64,000 nucleotides of DNA. It comes from Candidatus Delongbacteria bacterium. Its GTDB lineage: Bacteria; CAIWAD01. A model generated the notes under the pieces. That model was given only the letters and a program-made list of their open reading frames with translations, was not told where the DNA came from and ran no database searches. Of this stretch, positions 1 through 11,062 are shown one piece after another; position 1 is the first letter of the stretch; every line of letters starts with the position of its first letter. Where the stretch lies: assembly GCA_963663545.1 (NCBI GenBank), contig OY760505.1, positions 2,496,001-2,560,000 of the forward strand, given 5' to 3'. Position numbers and translations under genes: made by a program.

Positions 1-948
1 CGTCATGCCTACGCCCGTGGGCAGGCTCATCAGGAACTTGGCCAGGCTGGCCACGCGCTCGCAGCGCATAGGATTTCGTTTGTAGGCCATGGCACTGCTG
101 CCGATCTGTCCGCTCTCGAAGGGCTCCTCGATTTCTTTGCGGTTGGCCAGCAGGCGAATGTCGTTGGTCAGGCGGTGGGCCGTCTGTCCCAGACCGCCCA
201 GCCAAGCCAGAATGCGCGCGTCTTCTTTACGCGGATAAGTTTGTCCGGTCACTGAGTACGTGCGAGTGAATCCCAGCTTTTGTGTCACGAGTTGGTCTAG
301 CTTTCGCACCTTGTCGTCGTCGTTGTCAAAGAGTGCCAGGAAGCTGGCCTGGGTGCCGGTGGTGCCTTTGACGCCGCGAAAGCGCAGGCTTTTCAGCCGC
401 TGGTCCAGGTCTTCGAGATCCAGCAACAGATCCTGCAGCCAGAGCGTCGCACGCTTGCCGACGGTGGTGGGCTGTGCGGGCTGGTAGTGAGTGAACCCCA
501 GCGTGGGCAGCTCGGCCCAGCGACGACAGAACTCCGCCAGGGGTTGTATCACGCCCAGCAGACGTTTGCGCAGCAGCTTGAGTCCCTCGCGCATCTGAAT
601 CAGGTCGGTGTTATCGCCGACGTAGCAGCTGGTAGCACCCAGGTGGATAATCCCCGCCGCTTTCGGGCACTGCAGACCGTAAGCAAAAACGTGTGACATC
701 ACATCGTGACGCGTGATACGTTCCCGTTCGATGGCCGCCTGGTAGTTGATGTTGTCGGCGGCCGCGCGCAGTTCGTCAATCTGCTCCTGCGTAATGTTCA
801 ACCCCAGTTCGCGCTCGGATTCGGCGAGGGCGATCCACAGGCGTCGCCAGGTGCGAAACTTGAAATCGGGGCTGAAGATGTGACTCATCTCGCGGGAGGA
901 GTAGCGGCTTAGCAGCGGGTTCTCGTATTGTTGGGAGTCGTGCGACAT
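1..948 (-). CDS. purB: Adenylosuccinate lyase (3' end runs off the window)
   Basis: Not in the ORF track because it is truncated. My translation from ATG at 948 gives [26 protein letters not shown]...[10 protein letters not shown], and the fumarase/ASL signature [13 protein letters not shown] lies near 60-105. Confidence 0.93.
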   Translation of the reverse strand, partial: MSHDSQQYENPLLSRYSSREMSHIFSPDFKFRTWRRLWIALAESERELGLNITQEQIDELRAAADNINYQAAIERERITRHDVMSHVFAYGLQCPKAAGIIHLGATSCYVGDNTDLIQMREGLKLLRKRLLGVIQPLAEFCRRWAELPTLGFTHYQPAQPTTVGKRATLWLQDLLLDLEDLDQRLKSLRFRGVKGTTGTQASFLALFDNDDDKVRKLDQLVTQKLGFTRTYSVTGQTYPRKEDARILAWLGGLGQTAHRLTNDIRLLANRKEIEEPFESGQIGSSAMAYKRNPMRCERVASLAKFLMSLPTGVGMT

Positions 949-1125
949 GATTTCCTTCCTGAACTGACGCCACAAGGTATAAAACTCAGCTTCCGGAGCC
1001 CCGCGCAGGGGCCGATGGCTTGTCCCCGACACGGCCTTTTTCTATTCTATCAAGTCTTGGACAGAACTGGGAAAGAGAACCGGCGAGCGGTACTCTGCCA
1101 TTGTCCCTGTCCAGATGGAGCAGGC

Positions 1126-1428
1126 ATGTTGCACACTATCATTCCGGCCGAATTCACTAACCGTCAGGAGCTTGAGGAAGCGCTGACCACGCATGAGAAC
1201 GAGGGCCTGGCGGTCGTCGCGCTGGGCGAAACAGCGGGCAGGCGTCTCTTCTTCTGCAAGGACGGACACCGCTACCAGCACCAGGTGGTCGCCGTCACCG
1301 GTAGGGACGACGAGACCCTGACGAAGATCCTTTACCAACGTGAGCACGAAGGTTGGCGCGTTTGTGCCGTGGGCCCTTGCTGTGAGGCCACGGTCATGAT
1401 TCTGCGCCGCGAAGTGCAGGAAGACTGA
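1126..1428 (+). CDS. Small hypothetical protein with two internal repeats (DUF4177-like)
   Basis: GGAG precedes the ATG at 1126. Two similar halves: LEEALTTHENEGLAVVALG...FCK and LTKILYQREHEGWRVCAVG...LRR. Confidence 0.6.
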   Translation: MLHTIIPAEFTNRQELEEALTTHENEGLAVVALGETAGRRLFFCKDGHRYQHQVVAVTGRDDETLTKILYQREHEGWRVCAVGPCCEATVMILRREVQED

Positions 1429-1447
1429 CGAATTCCATTGACCATAA

Positions 1448-2770
<1,323 letters not shown>

Positions 2771-2828
2771 TCAGCCCGTGGCCTGACAGGCAGCACCTCC
2801 AGGCTGCACTTTTCAACCATGGAGTTGC

Positions 2829-3149
2829 ATGTCGACGCGAACTGAAACAGATCAACCGGCAGTCCCGGTCTGGAAATCCCGCCTGCGGTGGGGCGTCCTG
2901 CTGGGTCTGCCGGTTTTTCTTTTGATCTACCTCTTTGTTGACGGCGGTGTGGGCGAGTATTACGCTTTGCGCCATCAACTCGATTCTCTGCAGACGCGCA
3001 TGACGGAGTTGCAGCACGAGAACGAGCATCTGCGCGTGGTCAACCGGCGACTGGCAAATCTGGACAGCCTGCAGCTGGAAGAGGAAGCACGGCGCATCGG
3101 CATGATAAAAACAGGCGACGAAGTGTATCACATCAAGGTTGAGGACTAG
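2829..3149 (+). CDS. ftsB: Septum formation initiator (FtsB/DivIC family)
   Basis: Single TM, coiled coil and LEEEARRIGMIKTGDEVY; conserved position after eno. Confidence 0.8.
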   Translation: MSTRTETDQPAVPVWKSRLRWGVLLGLPVFLLIYLFVDGGVGEYYALRHQLDSLQTRMTELQHENEHLRVVNRRLANLDSLQLEEEARRIGMIKTGDEVYHIKVED

Positions 3150-3151
3150 GC

Positions 3152-3871
3152 ATGGCACGCAAGAGAACCGGGATGCCGCGTCTGCGCACCCTTCTGATGA
3201 CAGGCGTACTGACTGTATCACCGGTGGCGATTTCCGCCTACGTGCTCTACTGGCTCTTCGTGCGTCTTGACCAGTTGCTGAAGCCAGCCATTGAACCCTT
3301 CATGATTCCGCTGGCGGGCCGCTATTATCCCGGCATCGGTTTCCTGGCGCTGCTCTTGTTGTTGCTGATCGTGGGCTTCATCGCCAGACTTTACTTGGGC
3401 GGCAAGCTGATACAACTTGGCAATTGGTTTGTATCACGCATTCCGTTGATGGCGGGCATGACGCGCGCCGTGCGACAAATCCTTGAGAGCTTTCTTAAAG
3501 GCAATCGCGAACTCTTTCGCCAGGCGGTGCTCTTCGAGTATCCGCGTAAAGGCATCTACGCCGTTGGTTTTGTCACCAGCACTACGCGTGGCGAGATCAG
3601 CGATCGGCTGCAGGACAGCGGTGAACGACGCGAGCTGATTTCGGTCTTCGTGCCCACAACGCCCAACCCTACCAGCGGAGTGCTGGTTTTCGTGCCACGA
3701 CGCGATGCTATCTACCTGAACATGAGCGTAGAGGATGCGTTGAAGCTGGTTGTTTCCGCTGGTGCGCTTAACCCGGACAAACACGGCAACATCCAGCCTG
3801 TGACACAACAGGCCGATCCAGAACCGGCAGCACAAAGAGAGCCGGATGAGTCGACGGGAACACCCGGGTGA
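3152..3871 (+). CDS. DUF502 family membrane protein
   Basis: Two TMs; FEYPRKGIYAVGFVT and VFVPTTPNPTSG motifs. Confidence 0.9.
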   Translation: MARKRTGMPRLRTLLMTGVLTVSPVAISAYVLYWLFVRLDQLLKPAIEPFMIPLAGRYYPGIGFLALLLLLLIVGFIARLYLGGKLIQLGNWFVSRIPLMAGMTRAVRQILESFLKGNRELFRQAVLFEYPRKGIYAVGFVTSTTRGEISDRLQDSGERRELISVFVPTTPNPTSGVLVFVPRRDAIYLNMSVEDALKLVVSAGALNPDKHGNIQPVTQQADPEPAAQREPDESTGTPG

Positions 3872-5691
3872 CCGTTCGGCGACTGGGGTTGTTGACGCTG
3901 CTGGCGTCAAGCACGCTGGTTGCTGTCGGCGCACTGAATGCTGCTTCTCTGGAAGGAGGCAGCGTTCAACTGGGCGCTAGTCGCGGTGTTGAGTACTACC
4001 TGGGCAATCTCGAACTCCATCTTCCTGTAGCACGCGAGGCCGACAGTCTCTCTGTTGAGCTGAAAGCGGATGGGCTGGCGGGCTTCCACACCTACAACAA
4101 CGACAACACGCGTCTGGTGCAGAATCTCGATCTGGGCTGGTTTCGTACTACGTCTTTGGTGGATTGGACCGCCGGTTTTCGCCAGCAGGCTTACAAGCGC
4201 AGAAGGCACACCGATCCGGTTCTGGAGGCCGAGCTTGCCTTCGGGTTGTGTTACAGCACGCCTGCCTGGGATGCCGTTTTGCGAGCAGGCGCCGTTGGCG
4301 ATCAGCGCGAAGAATCGAGTGATCAAGGCCCTCTGGTTGAATGCGAGACGAGTACTCGCCTGCTCTTGGAGGAGTGGGCGCTTGCCACGAACAGCCAGCT
4401 GCGCTTCGATCAGCCCGGTGATCGGCGCAACGAGCAGGCGCGTTTGCAGATCGAGGCAGGCACGCATTCGACGGTACACGCTGGCGACGACCTGCGCATT
4501 TCGCTGCAGCACGAGCAGGAGGACGTCTACGCCGATCTGGAAAGCACCAGCATTGAACGGCGACGTAATCAGGGCGGCGAGTTGGAGAATCGCCTATGGA
4601 CTCGTCCGCTGAAGGAGCTGGAGTTGGCCTTCACCCTCAGTGGCTGGAAGCGGCGGCAGATTCGTGATGCACAGGATGCCAGTTTGACCGGGCGTGATAC
4701 AAAGTACGATGATCAGGGCATCGATCTTGCTCTGGACGGGCAGTGGCACAGCGGTATTCTAGTAACGGATCTGCGCTTCGCTATCACAAGAAGCCGACAG
4801 GACAGCCGCTACGGCGACTCCATGAGCAGTCGCAATCTTACGCGCATTCAGGTAAACGAGATGCAATTGCACACACGACTGCAAGGAATGTGTGACACGC
4901 TCTCCTTCACTGCCGAAACACAGATGCGTCGGCGCGATTCTGATTTCGAACGCCTTTCCACGCTGAGCGACGAGGATTACAGCGATCTGGGCAAGCACCA
5001 ACTGGCACTGCATTACGGCAAGGAAGTGGGACACTGGGCGGGTCTTGGCGCGAACCTTTCGTGGGGGCTTACGCGTGAGTCACACCTTCAGTCAGAGCGT
5101 AGCGGCAACAACTATCGCGAATACAGCTTGCTGGCTGCCGTTCCGCATCGACTTCGACTGCCCTGGCGTGTGACATTGAGTGGGCGCAACAGCTTGCGCA
5201 CAAGCTGGCGCGTATACGATCACGATAATGATGAAAGCCCGCGCAGCTACATCCAGCGCCGCTGGCAATGGCTGGAACACGCCGATTGGCGATTACCAGG
5301 CACCGGCGCATGGCGACGTGATCTGCAGTTGCGCTCGCGTTGGCTCGAAGAAGATGGCGGCAGCTATCGCAAGAGCGATGGACGGGAGTTGCTTTCCGAC
5401 TCCGCTGACGAACTTGACCTCGATCTAACTTTCGCTGTATCACGGGGTGGATGGACGGCGGGCCCCGGATTCCGCTGGTACCGGCGCCGCGACTTTCGCT
5501 GGGAGCTTGAGGAGGGTGAGCGTGAGCGCAATCTGTTGCGTCGCTTGTACCGTCGGGGGCCGCTGCTGGCTCTTGCCTGCCACAGATCAGGTTTGAAGTT
5601 GGACGGAGATCTGAGTTGGGAGGTCGTTGGTGACAATGGTACGTATCACAACGATTTTCGCGTGGACCTGCGTCTTTTCTACACGTTCTAG
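3868..5691 (+). CDS. Hypothetical exported protein, probable outer-membrane beta-barrel
   Basis: N-terminal signal peptide, alternating beta-strand pattern, C-terminal aromatic end (LRLFYTF); GTGA overlap with the upstream gene. Confidence 0.6.
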   Translation: MTVRRLGLLTLLASSTLVAVGALNAASLEGGSVQLGASRGVEYYLGNLELHLPVAREADSLSVELKADGLAGFHTYNNDNTRLVQNLDLGWFRTTSLVDWTAGFRQQAYKRRRHTDPVLEAELAFGLCYSTPAWDAVLRAGAVGDQREESSDQGPLVECETSTRLLLEEWALATNSQLRFDQPGDRRNEQARLQIEAGTHSTVHAGDDLRISLQHEQEDVYADLESTSIERRRNQGGELENRLWTRPLKELELAFTLSGWKRRQIRDAQDASLTGRDTKYDDQGIDLALDGQWHSGILVTDLRFAITRSRQDSRYGDSMSSRNLTRIQVNEMQLHTRLQGMCDTLSFTAETQMRRRDSDFERLSTLSDEDYSDLGKHQLALHYGKEVGHWAGLGANLSWGLTRESHLQSERSGNNYREYSLLAAVPHRLRLPWRVTLSGRNSLRTSWRVYDHDNDESPRSYIQRRWQWLEHADWRLPGTGAWRRDLQLRSRWLEEDGGSYRKSDGRELLSDSADELDLDLTFAVSRGGWTAGPGFRWYRRRDFRWELEEGERERNLLRRLYRRGPLLALACHRSGLKLDGDLSWEVVGDNGTYHNDFRVDLRLFYTF

Positions 5692-5785
5692 GTGCTGGCG
5701 CTCTCCCGAAATCGCCGGAGATGCGTGGCAGACTCGTCCCACCGACTTTCCCATATTCCAGCCCTTTGTGTAAGTAGGAGACGAA

Positions 5786-6859
5786 ATGAGCGCGCGTGTG
5801 CTGGTGGCCATGTCCGGAGGTGTGGATTCTTCTGTTGCAGCGGGAATGCTGCAGCGGATGGGCTACGCCGTTGAGGGTCTGACCTTTCAGCTTGATTCAA
5901 GCTGCTCTTTCAAGGGAGATCCGTTGGTGGATTCTGCGCGCGTTTGCGATCACCTGGGGATTGTGCATCACGTCATGGACCTGAGCGCGCCCTTCCGCGA
6001 ACAGGTGCAGCAGGATTTTGTCGACAACTATCTACAGGGCATGACACCCAATCCATGCGTGGTCTGCAACCGGCGCATCAAATGGGAATACATGCTGCGC
6101 AAGGCAGACGAGCTGGGTATCGAGCATGTTGCAACCGGCCACTATGTGCGTGTGACTCAAACCTTAGCTGGACCTCAACTACTACGTGGGGTGGAAGCGC
6201 GCAAGGATCAGAGTTACGCATTGTGGCGTATCACGCCATCCGCATTGCGGCGTACGCTGCTGCCGCTGGGCACACTGAGTAAAAGCGAAGTTCGGGCACT
6301 GGCGCTGGAACTTGATCTTCCGGTAGCCCAGAAGGGCGAGAGTCAGGATATCTGCTTTGTTCCCGATGGTGAGTACCGTGAGTTTCTGCGGGAGTTTGCT
6401 CCGCGTGATACAGAGCATATTTCGCCTGGTGAAATCATCGGTCCCGAGGGCAATGTCGTAGGGCGTCATCATGGCTTGCCCTACTACACCGTCGGGCAGA
6501 GACGCGGATTGCATGTCGCCCTGGGGAAGCCGGTCTATGTCGTAGAGTTGGATGTGGCCAACAATCAGCTACTGCTGGCCTGGGAAGAAGGTCTGCGACG
6601 TCCGGCACTCCTGGCGCGTGATGCAAATTGGCTTATCGATGTGCCAGCAGAGCCGCTGCACTGTCTGGCGGCGATCCGTTATCATGACATAGGAACGCGC
6701 GCGCTGGTCCGGCCACTGGCGGCGGGCGAGTTGCGCGTGGAGTTCGATCAGCCCCGCCGGGCCATAGCGCCTGGCCAGAGCGTGGTCTTCTACGAGGGCG
6801 AGCGTCTGCTGGGGGGAGCCGTGATTCAGCAGGCCTTGCGCGAGGAGCAGAAAGCATGA
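5786..6859 (+). CDS. mnmA: tRNA 2-thiouridine(34) synthase
   Basis: AMSGGVDSS, PNPCVVCN, ATGHY, KDQSY, ESQDICF, YTVGQRRG, PGQ. Confidence 0.97.
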   Translation: MSARVLVAMSGGVDSSVAAGMLQRMGYAVEGLTFQLDSSCSFKGDPLVDSARVCDHLGIVHHVMDLSAPFREQVQQDFVDNYLQGMTPNPCVVCNRRIKWEYMLRKADELGIEHVATGHYVRVTQTLAGPQLLRGVEARKDQSYALWRITPSALRRTLLPLGTLSKSEVRALALELDLPVAQKGESQDICFVPDGEYREFLREFAPRDTEHISPGEIIGPEGNVVGRHHGLPYYTVGQRRGLHVALGKPVYVVELDVANNQLLLAWEEGLRRPALLARDANWLIDVPAEPLHCLAAIRYHDIGTRALVRPLAAGELRVEFDQPRRAIAPGQSVVFYEGERLLGGAVIQQALREEQKA

Positions 6860-7668
6860 GCAAGGAACAACGTCAGCGTCCCAACACGGTCCCGCGACTG
6901 GTGGCGCGTGCCGCCCGTGGCGAGAAACTGGTGGTGCTGACGGCTTACGATGCGCTGTTTGCCCGCATACAAGACGAGGCGGGTGTGGACATCCTGTTGG
7001 TGGGGGATTCCGTGGGCAATGTCTACGGTGGCCATCGCGATACACTCAAGGTGACACTGGAGCAGATGTTGTATCACACTGCATGCGTGTCACGTGGCGT
7101 ACAGCGTGCGCTGGTTGTCGGTGACATGCCCTTCATGTCGGTCCAGACAAGCGAGCGTGATGCACTTGTTGCCTGCGGTCGCATGATTGCCGAGGGCGGA
7201 GCCGCCGCGGTCAAGATCGAGGGGGGCACACACATGGCCGCCACAATCCGCCGCTTGGTGGAATGTGGCATTCCAGTGATGGGACACATCGGCCTGACGC
7301 CACAGAGCATTCACAAGCTGGGTAGCTGGAGCACACGCGGACGCGATCAGGAAGAGGCTGCACGCCTACTGGAGGACGCCCGACAGTTGCAACAAGCCGG
7401 CTGCTTCAGCATTGTGCTTGAGAAAGTCGAACCCGGTCTGGCCGCGCGTATCACAGAGGAGCTCGACATTCCCACTATCGGCATCGGCAGCGGTGTAGAC
7501 TGTAATGGCCAGGTGCTGGTAAACATGGACATGCTGGGGCTCTTCGAAGACTTCAAACCCGCCTTCGTCCGGCATTTCGCTACGCTTTCCGCAGATGTAC
7601 GAAAGGCGGTGGACGAGTACTCGCGCGCGGTTCGCGAGGGCAGCTTTCCCGGTCCCGACGAGGTATAG
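6856..7668 (+). CDS. panB: 3-methyl-2-oxobutanoate hydroxymethyltransferase
   Basis: LTAYD, LLVGDS, DMPF, VKIEGG, VMGHIGLTPQS, PTIGIG. Confidence 0.98.
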   Translation: MSKEQRQRPNTVPRLVARAARGEKLVVLTAYDALFARIQDEAGVDILLVGDSVGNVYGGHRDTLKVTLEQMLYHTACVSRGVQRALVVGDMPFMSVQTSERDALVACGRMIAEGGAAAVKIEGGTHMAATIRRLVECGIPVMGHIGLTPQSIHKLGSWSTRGRDQEEAARLLEDARQLQQAGCFSIVLEKVEPGLAARITEELDIPTIGIGSGVDCNGQVLVNMDMLGLFEDFKPAFVRHFATLSADVRKAVDEYSRAVREGSFPGPDEV

Positions 7669-7670
7669 CC

Positions 7671-8564
7671 ATGCTGAAGTGTATCACGAATCTTGCTGAG
7701 ATGCAGCTGCACGCAGCAGAACTGAAGTCCAGCGGAAAGCGCATTGGCCTGGTGCCTACGATGGGCGCACTGCACGAAGGGCACCTCTCGCTGATGCGTC
7801 ACCTGCGCCAGCACTGTGATTCGCTGTGGGTGAGCATTTTTGTCAATCCGGCGCAATTCGGTCCCAGCGAAGACTTGGCCCGTTATCCACGCACTCTCGA
7901 GCGCGACCTTGCTCTTTGCGAAAGCGTGGGTGTCGACGGTGTGTTACACCCGGATCCGGCCGATGTGTATCCCCAGGACTTTGGTACCTGGGTTGTGCCC
8001 AATGAGGCCGCCGGTCGCTACTGCGGCGCTAGCCGTCCGGGTCATTTCCGTGGTGTGCTAACCATTGTACTGCGCCTCTTCATGTGGACTCGCTGCGACT
8101 GCGCCATTTTCGGCCGCAAGGACGCGCAACAACTTTGGCTCATCGAGCGCATGGTACGCGATCTGGCGTTGCCGGTGGAGATCCACGAGGGCGATCTGGT
8201 ACGTGAAGCCGACGGTCTGGCCCTATCCAGCCGCAATGCCTATTTGAGCCCGGAGCAGCGCGCGCATGCATTGGTTCTTCATCAAGCATTAAAGCTGGCT
8301 TGTGAACTTGTCGAACAGGGAGAAGGCCTCGAGCACGCACTGCGTGAAGCGTGGCAAAAGCTACGTACGGCTACCGGTGTTGAGTTGGAATACCTGCACG
8401 CCGTCGATTGGCGTACGCTGGACAGTCTGGGCGAAGCCGGTCGGATGGGGTTGCGCATGCATCCCGCCGTCGGTGATACAACGCGTCTGCTGTTTCTGGT
8501 GGCCGCACGAGTAGGACAAACCCGATTGATTGACAACGTGAGCGTGAACTGCAAAGGGGAATAA
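7671..8564 (+). CDS. panC: Pantoate--beta-alanine ligase
   Basis: VPTMGALHEGH, SIFVNPAQF, RPGHFRGV, FGRKDAQQ, LALSSRN, RLIDN. Confidence 0.98.
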   Translation: MLKCITNLAEMQLHAAELKSSGKRIGLVPTMGALHEGHLSLMRHLRQHCDSLWVSIFVNPAQFGPSEDLARYPRTLERDLALCESVGVDGVLHPDPADVYPQDFGTWVVPNEAAGRYCGASRPGHFRGVLTIVLRLFMWTRCDCAIFGRKDAQQLWLIERMVRDLALPVEIHEGDLVREADGLALSSRNAYLSPEQRAHALVLHQALKLACELVEQGEGLEHALREAWQKLRTATGVELEYLHAVDWRTLDSLGEAGRMGLRMHPAVGDTTRLLFLVAARVGQTRLIDNVSVNCKGE

Positions 8565-8565
8565 A

Positions 8566-9309
8566 ATGTCGAAGGAATTGTCCGTAATCATACTGGCCGC
8601 CGGTAAGGGCACTCGCATGAAGAGCGATCTGGCCAAGGTGTTGCACCCTGCGCTGGGCCGTCCGCTCATCGATTGGGTCATTGACCAGGCGGACGCCGCC
8701 GGAGCTGGCCGCCGTGTTGTGGTGGTCGGTCACCAGCGAGAAGCCGTGATGGACGCGGTACGGGCGCGCGGTGTCGAGTTCGCCGTGCAGGCAGAGCAAC
8801 TTGGAACAGGTCACGCAGTGCAGATGTGCGCCGGACAATTCCGGGATCAGGGCGGCGAGGTGATCGTGCTTTCAGGCGATGTGCCGCTGCTGTCGGCCAA
8901 TACACTGAAGGCGCTGGTCGCCCAGCATCGCGATTCGGGTGACAAGGCCACTGTGTTGACTGCGCTTTTTGAGGACCCCACCGGCTATGGCCGTTTGATT
9001 CGCGACGCTTCCGGTCGTGTGCAGCGCATCGTTGAGCAGAAGGACGCTTCGCCCGACGAGCTGGCCGTAAAAGAAATCAATTCAGGCATCTACGTTTTCG
9101 ACGTGGCCGCACTCTTTACCTACATCCAGCGTCTGGACCAGAACAACGCCCAGGGCGAACTCTACCTCACGGACGTCGTACGACATCTGGTTCAGGACGG
9201 CGAGCCCGTGGGAGCGTTATTGGCCGGAGATCCCGAAGAAATCCAGGGCGTAAATACGGTTGAGCAGCTGGCGGCTGTAGAGACGGCGCTCAAGAGTCAG
9301 CAGGGCTGA
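8566..9309 (+). CDS. Sugar-phosphate nucleotidyltransferase (GlmU uridyltransferase domain only)
   Basis: ILAAGKGTRMKS, QLGTGHAV, GDVPL, GYGR, EINSG, ELYLTD. Stops at 247 aa with no left-handed beta-helix acetyltransferase domain. Confidence 0.9.
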   Translation: MSKELSVIILAAGKGTRMKSDLAKVLHPALGRPLIDWVIDQADAAGAGRRVVVVGHQREAVMDAVRARGVEFAVQAEQLGTGHAVQMCAGQFRDQGGEVIVLSGDVPLLSANTLKALVAQHRDSGDKATVLTALFEDPTGYGRLIRDASGRVQRIVEQKDASPDELAVKEINSGIYVFDVAALFTYIQRLDQNNAQGELYLTDVVRHLVQDGEPVGALLAGDPEEIQGVNTVEQLAAVETALKSQQG

Positions 9310-9325
9310 GCTTCTATTACAATTA

Positions 9326-9350
9326 GGAACCATTGAACCGACTCCCCGTT
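9326..9350 (+). promoter_or_regulatory. Candidate ECF-sigma promoter GGAAC-N16-CGTT
   Basis: Matches the general ECF -35/-10 pattern, 50 nt upstream of ATG 9401. The same architecture lies upstream of the SOD gene. Confidence 0.35.
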
Positions 9351-9400
9351 TGATAATGCTGCGTCCATTCCTTTATTTGACACGGATTTCCGGAGGTGGC

Positions 9401-9868
9401 ATGCGTAGAGTATTGCTTGGTGTTCTGACGTTGGCGTTTGCAGCTCCGCTGTGGGCGCAATTCCGTCAACAGCCTTCATCAGGTTCGCTATCGGGCGTGG
9501 TCCTGGACCCGTCCTTTGAGGTGAATTACGCGCGTCCGCTGCTCGACCCTTCCCGAATGGAATTCCATCAGACCGTGTCGGCGGGCTATTGCTCTTCCCA
9601 ATACGGCAGCGCGAGTTCCACCACCTGGATGGGGCAGTTGGACTACGCTTTGCGCAAGAACATGGATCTACGCCTCCACCTGGGAGTCAACAGGTTGCTG
9701 CACAATACTACGCCCTGGGGAGAGACAGGGAATAGTCTGGTCGGAGGGGCGGAGTTCACCTGGAATCCGCGTCCCGACGTGCAGATCGGCATCGCCGCGT
9801 ATCACGGCATGGTGCCGAGTAGTTGGTATCGTTCCTCTCCCTGGTATAAGTATCCATCCCAACGTTGA
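9401..9868 (+). CDS. Hypothetical exported protein
   Basis: GGAGG RBS; signal peptide MRRVLLGVLTLAFAAPLWA; beta-rich body. Confidence 0.7.
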   Translation: MRRVLLGVLTLAFAAPLWAQFRQQPSSGSLSGVVLDPSFEVNYARPLLDPSRMEFHQTVSAGYCSSQYGSASSTTWMGQLDYALRKNMDLRLHLGVNRLLHNTTPWGETGNSLVGGAEFTWNPRPDVQIGIAAYHGMVPSSWYRSSPWYKYPSQR

Positions 9869-9881
9869 CCCGTGAGGGGCG

Positions 9882-10595
9882 ATGGGGTCAGGACCCATGA
9901 AACGAACTTCCTCCCAACCGATGGACCTTCCACAGGTACGGGCCGCTGGCGGTCTGTTGCCGTGGTTTCTGGTTGTCATCAGTCTGTTGAATACGGCACT
10001 GTTGCTGGTGCTGCTGCTGCGTGATCCCGCATCGGCAAAGCAAGAGACGGGCATTCACACGCGGCAACAGCAAAGCGAAGAAGCCGGACTCGTCGTTCAC
10101 AGCGAGAAAGGGGCTCCCCGCACGGAACACACGCCGGAGGTGGAACCCGAGGTCCTTGTGAGTCGCGAAGCCGTGCACGAGCAGCAAGCGGTGACTGAGC
10201 CCGTCGACGAGCCCGAGCTCGCCGATGACGAAATGACGGGCCATCTCGCGTCGACCTCTCCGCCCGAGAACGATCCGCCCGCTTTTCAGCCCGGGGGTAT
10301 TCGCCTGCAGGTACTCAACGGTACGGAAACGGCGCGCCTGGCCGCAAAGGCCGGGGATCTGCTGCAACGACAGGGCTTTGATGTGCGCGAAGTGGGCAAC
10401 GCGCGCCACAAGCCGGTCGCGGCCAGCTATATCGTCCGCCGCCAGGGCAGCGAGCCGATGGCGCGTTGGCTGGCAGCGCAGTTGGGCTTGGAAGCCACAC
10501 AGATCAGGCACCTGCCCGATTCCGATTTGCCCGATGTGGATCTCAGCCTGGTGCTGGGAACGGATCACGACAGGTTGCGACTCGAAGGACGCTAG
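9882..10595 (+). CDS. Membrane-anchored LytR C-terminal domain protein
   Basis: TM helix, acidic linker, IRLQVLNGT...LA...GF.V..VGNA...LVLGTD; typical neighbour of rsfS. Confidence 0.85.
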   Translation: MGSGPMKRTSSQPMDLPQVRAAGGLLPWFLVVISLLNTALLLVLLLRDPASAKQETGIHTRQQQSEEAGLVVHSEKGAPRTEHTPEVEPEVLVSREAVHEQQAVTEPVDEPELADDEMTGHLASTSPPENDPPAFQPGGIRLQVLNGTETARLAAKAGDLLQRQGFDVREVGNARHKPVAASYIVRRQGSEPMARWLAAQLGLEATQIRHLPDSDLPDVDLSLVLGTDHDRLRLEGR

Positions 10596-10645
10596 CGAGT
10601 GTTCGCTAGCCCTGCATTCTTCGAGGTTCAAAAGGAGTTAAGCTG

Positions 10646-11062
10646 TTGAAAGCTATTTACCTGGCGCGCAAAATCGCCCGTATGGCCTGGGCCCGCAAGG
10701 CAGAGGATGTGGTCATTCTTGATGTGCGCGGTCTGACCGATGCCACGGATTTTTTCGTCATTGCCACCGGTACGGTTGGCATGCACGTTCGTGCCATCAC
10801 CGATTTCGTCTCCTCCGAGGCGAGCCAAATGGGCGAGAAGCCCTACGTCACCGAAAAAGATAGCGACGAGTGGATGGTGGTCGATTTTGTGGACGTCACT
10901 TTCCACTGCTTCCAGCCGCAGAAACGCGCGCACTACGACCTGGAGCACCTGTGGTGCGATGGCGTGCGCATGCCGGTGAATCCGGCTACTGGAACAGCGT
11001 TGAGCCTGAAGGAAGCCAAGGCCGCTTTTGTATCACATCATTCCCGGGAGAAGGCAGAATGA
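10646..11062 (+). CDS. rsfS: Ribosome silencing factor
   Basis: KAEDVVILDV, DFFVIATG, WMVVDFVDV..H.F...R..YDLE.LW; TTG start after AAGGAG. Confidence 0.93.
   Translation: MKAIYLARKIARMAWARKAEDVVILDVRGLTDATDFFVIATGTVGMHVRAITDFVSSEASQMGEKPYVTEKDSDEWMVVDFVDVTFHCFQPQKRAHYDLEHLWCDGVRMPVNPATGTALSLKEAKAAFVSHHSREKAE

Noticed and set aside
10591..10610. Hairpin GCTAGCGA/TCGCTAGC upstream of rsfS
   Set aside because: No U-tract and no second copy, so no function can be assigned.
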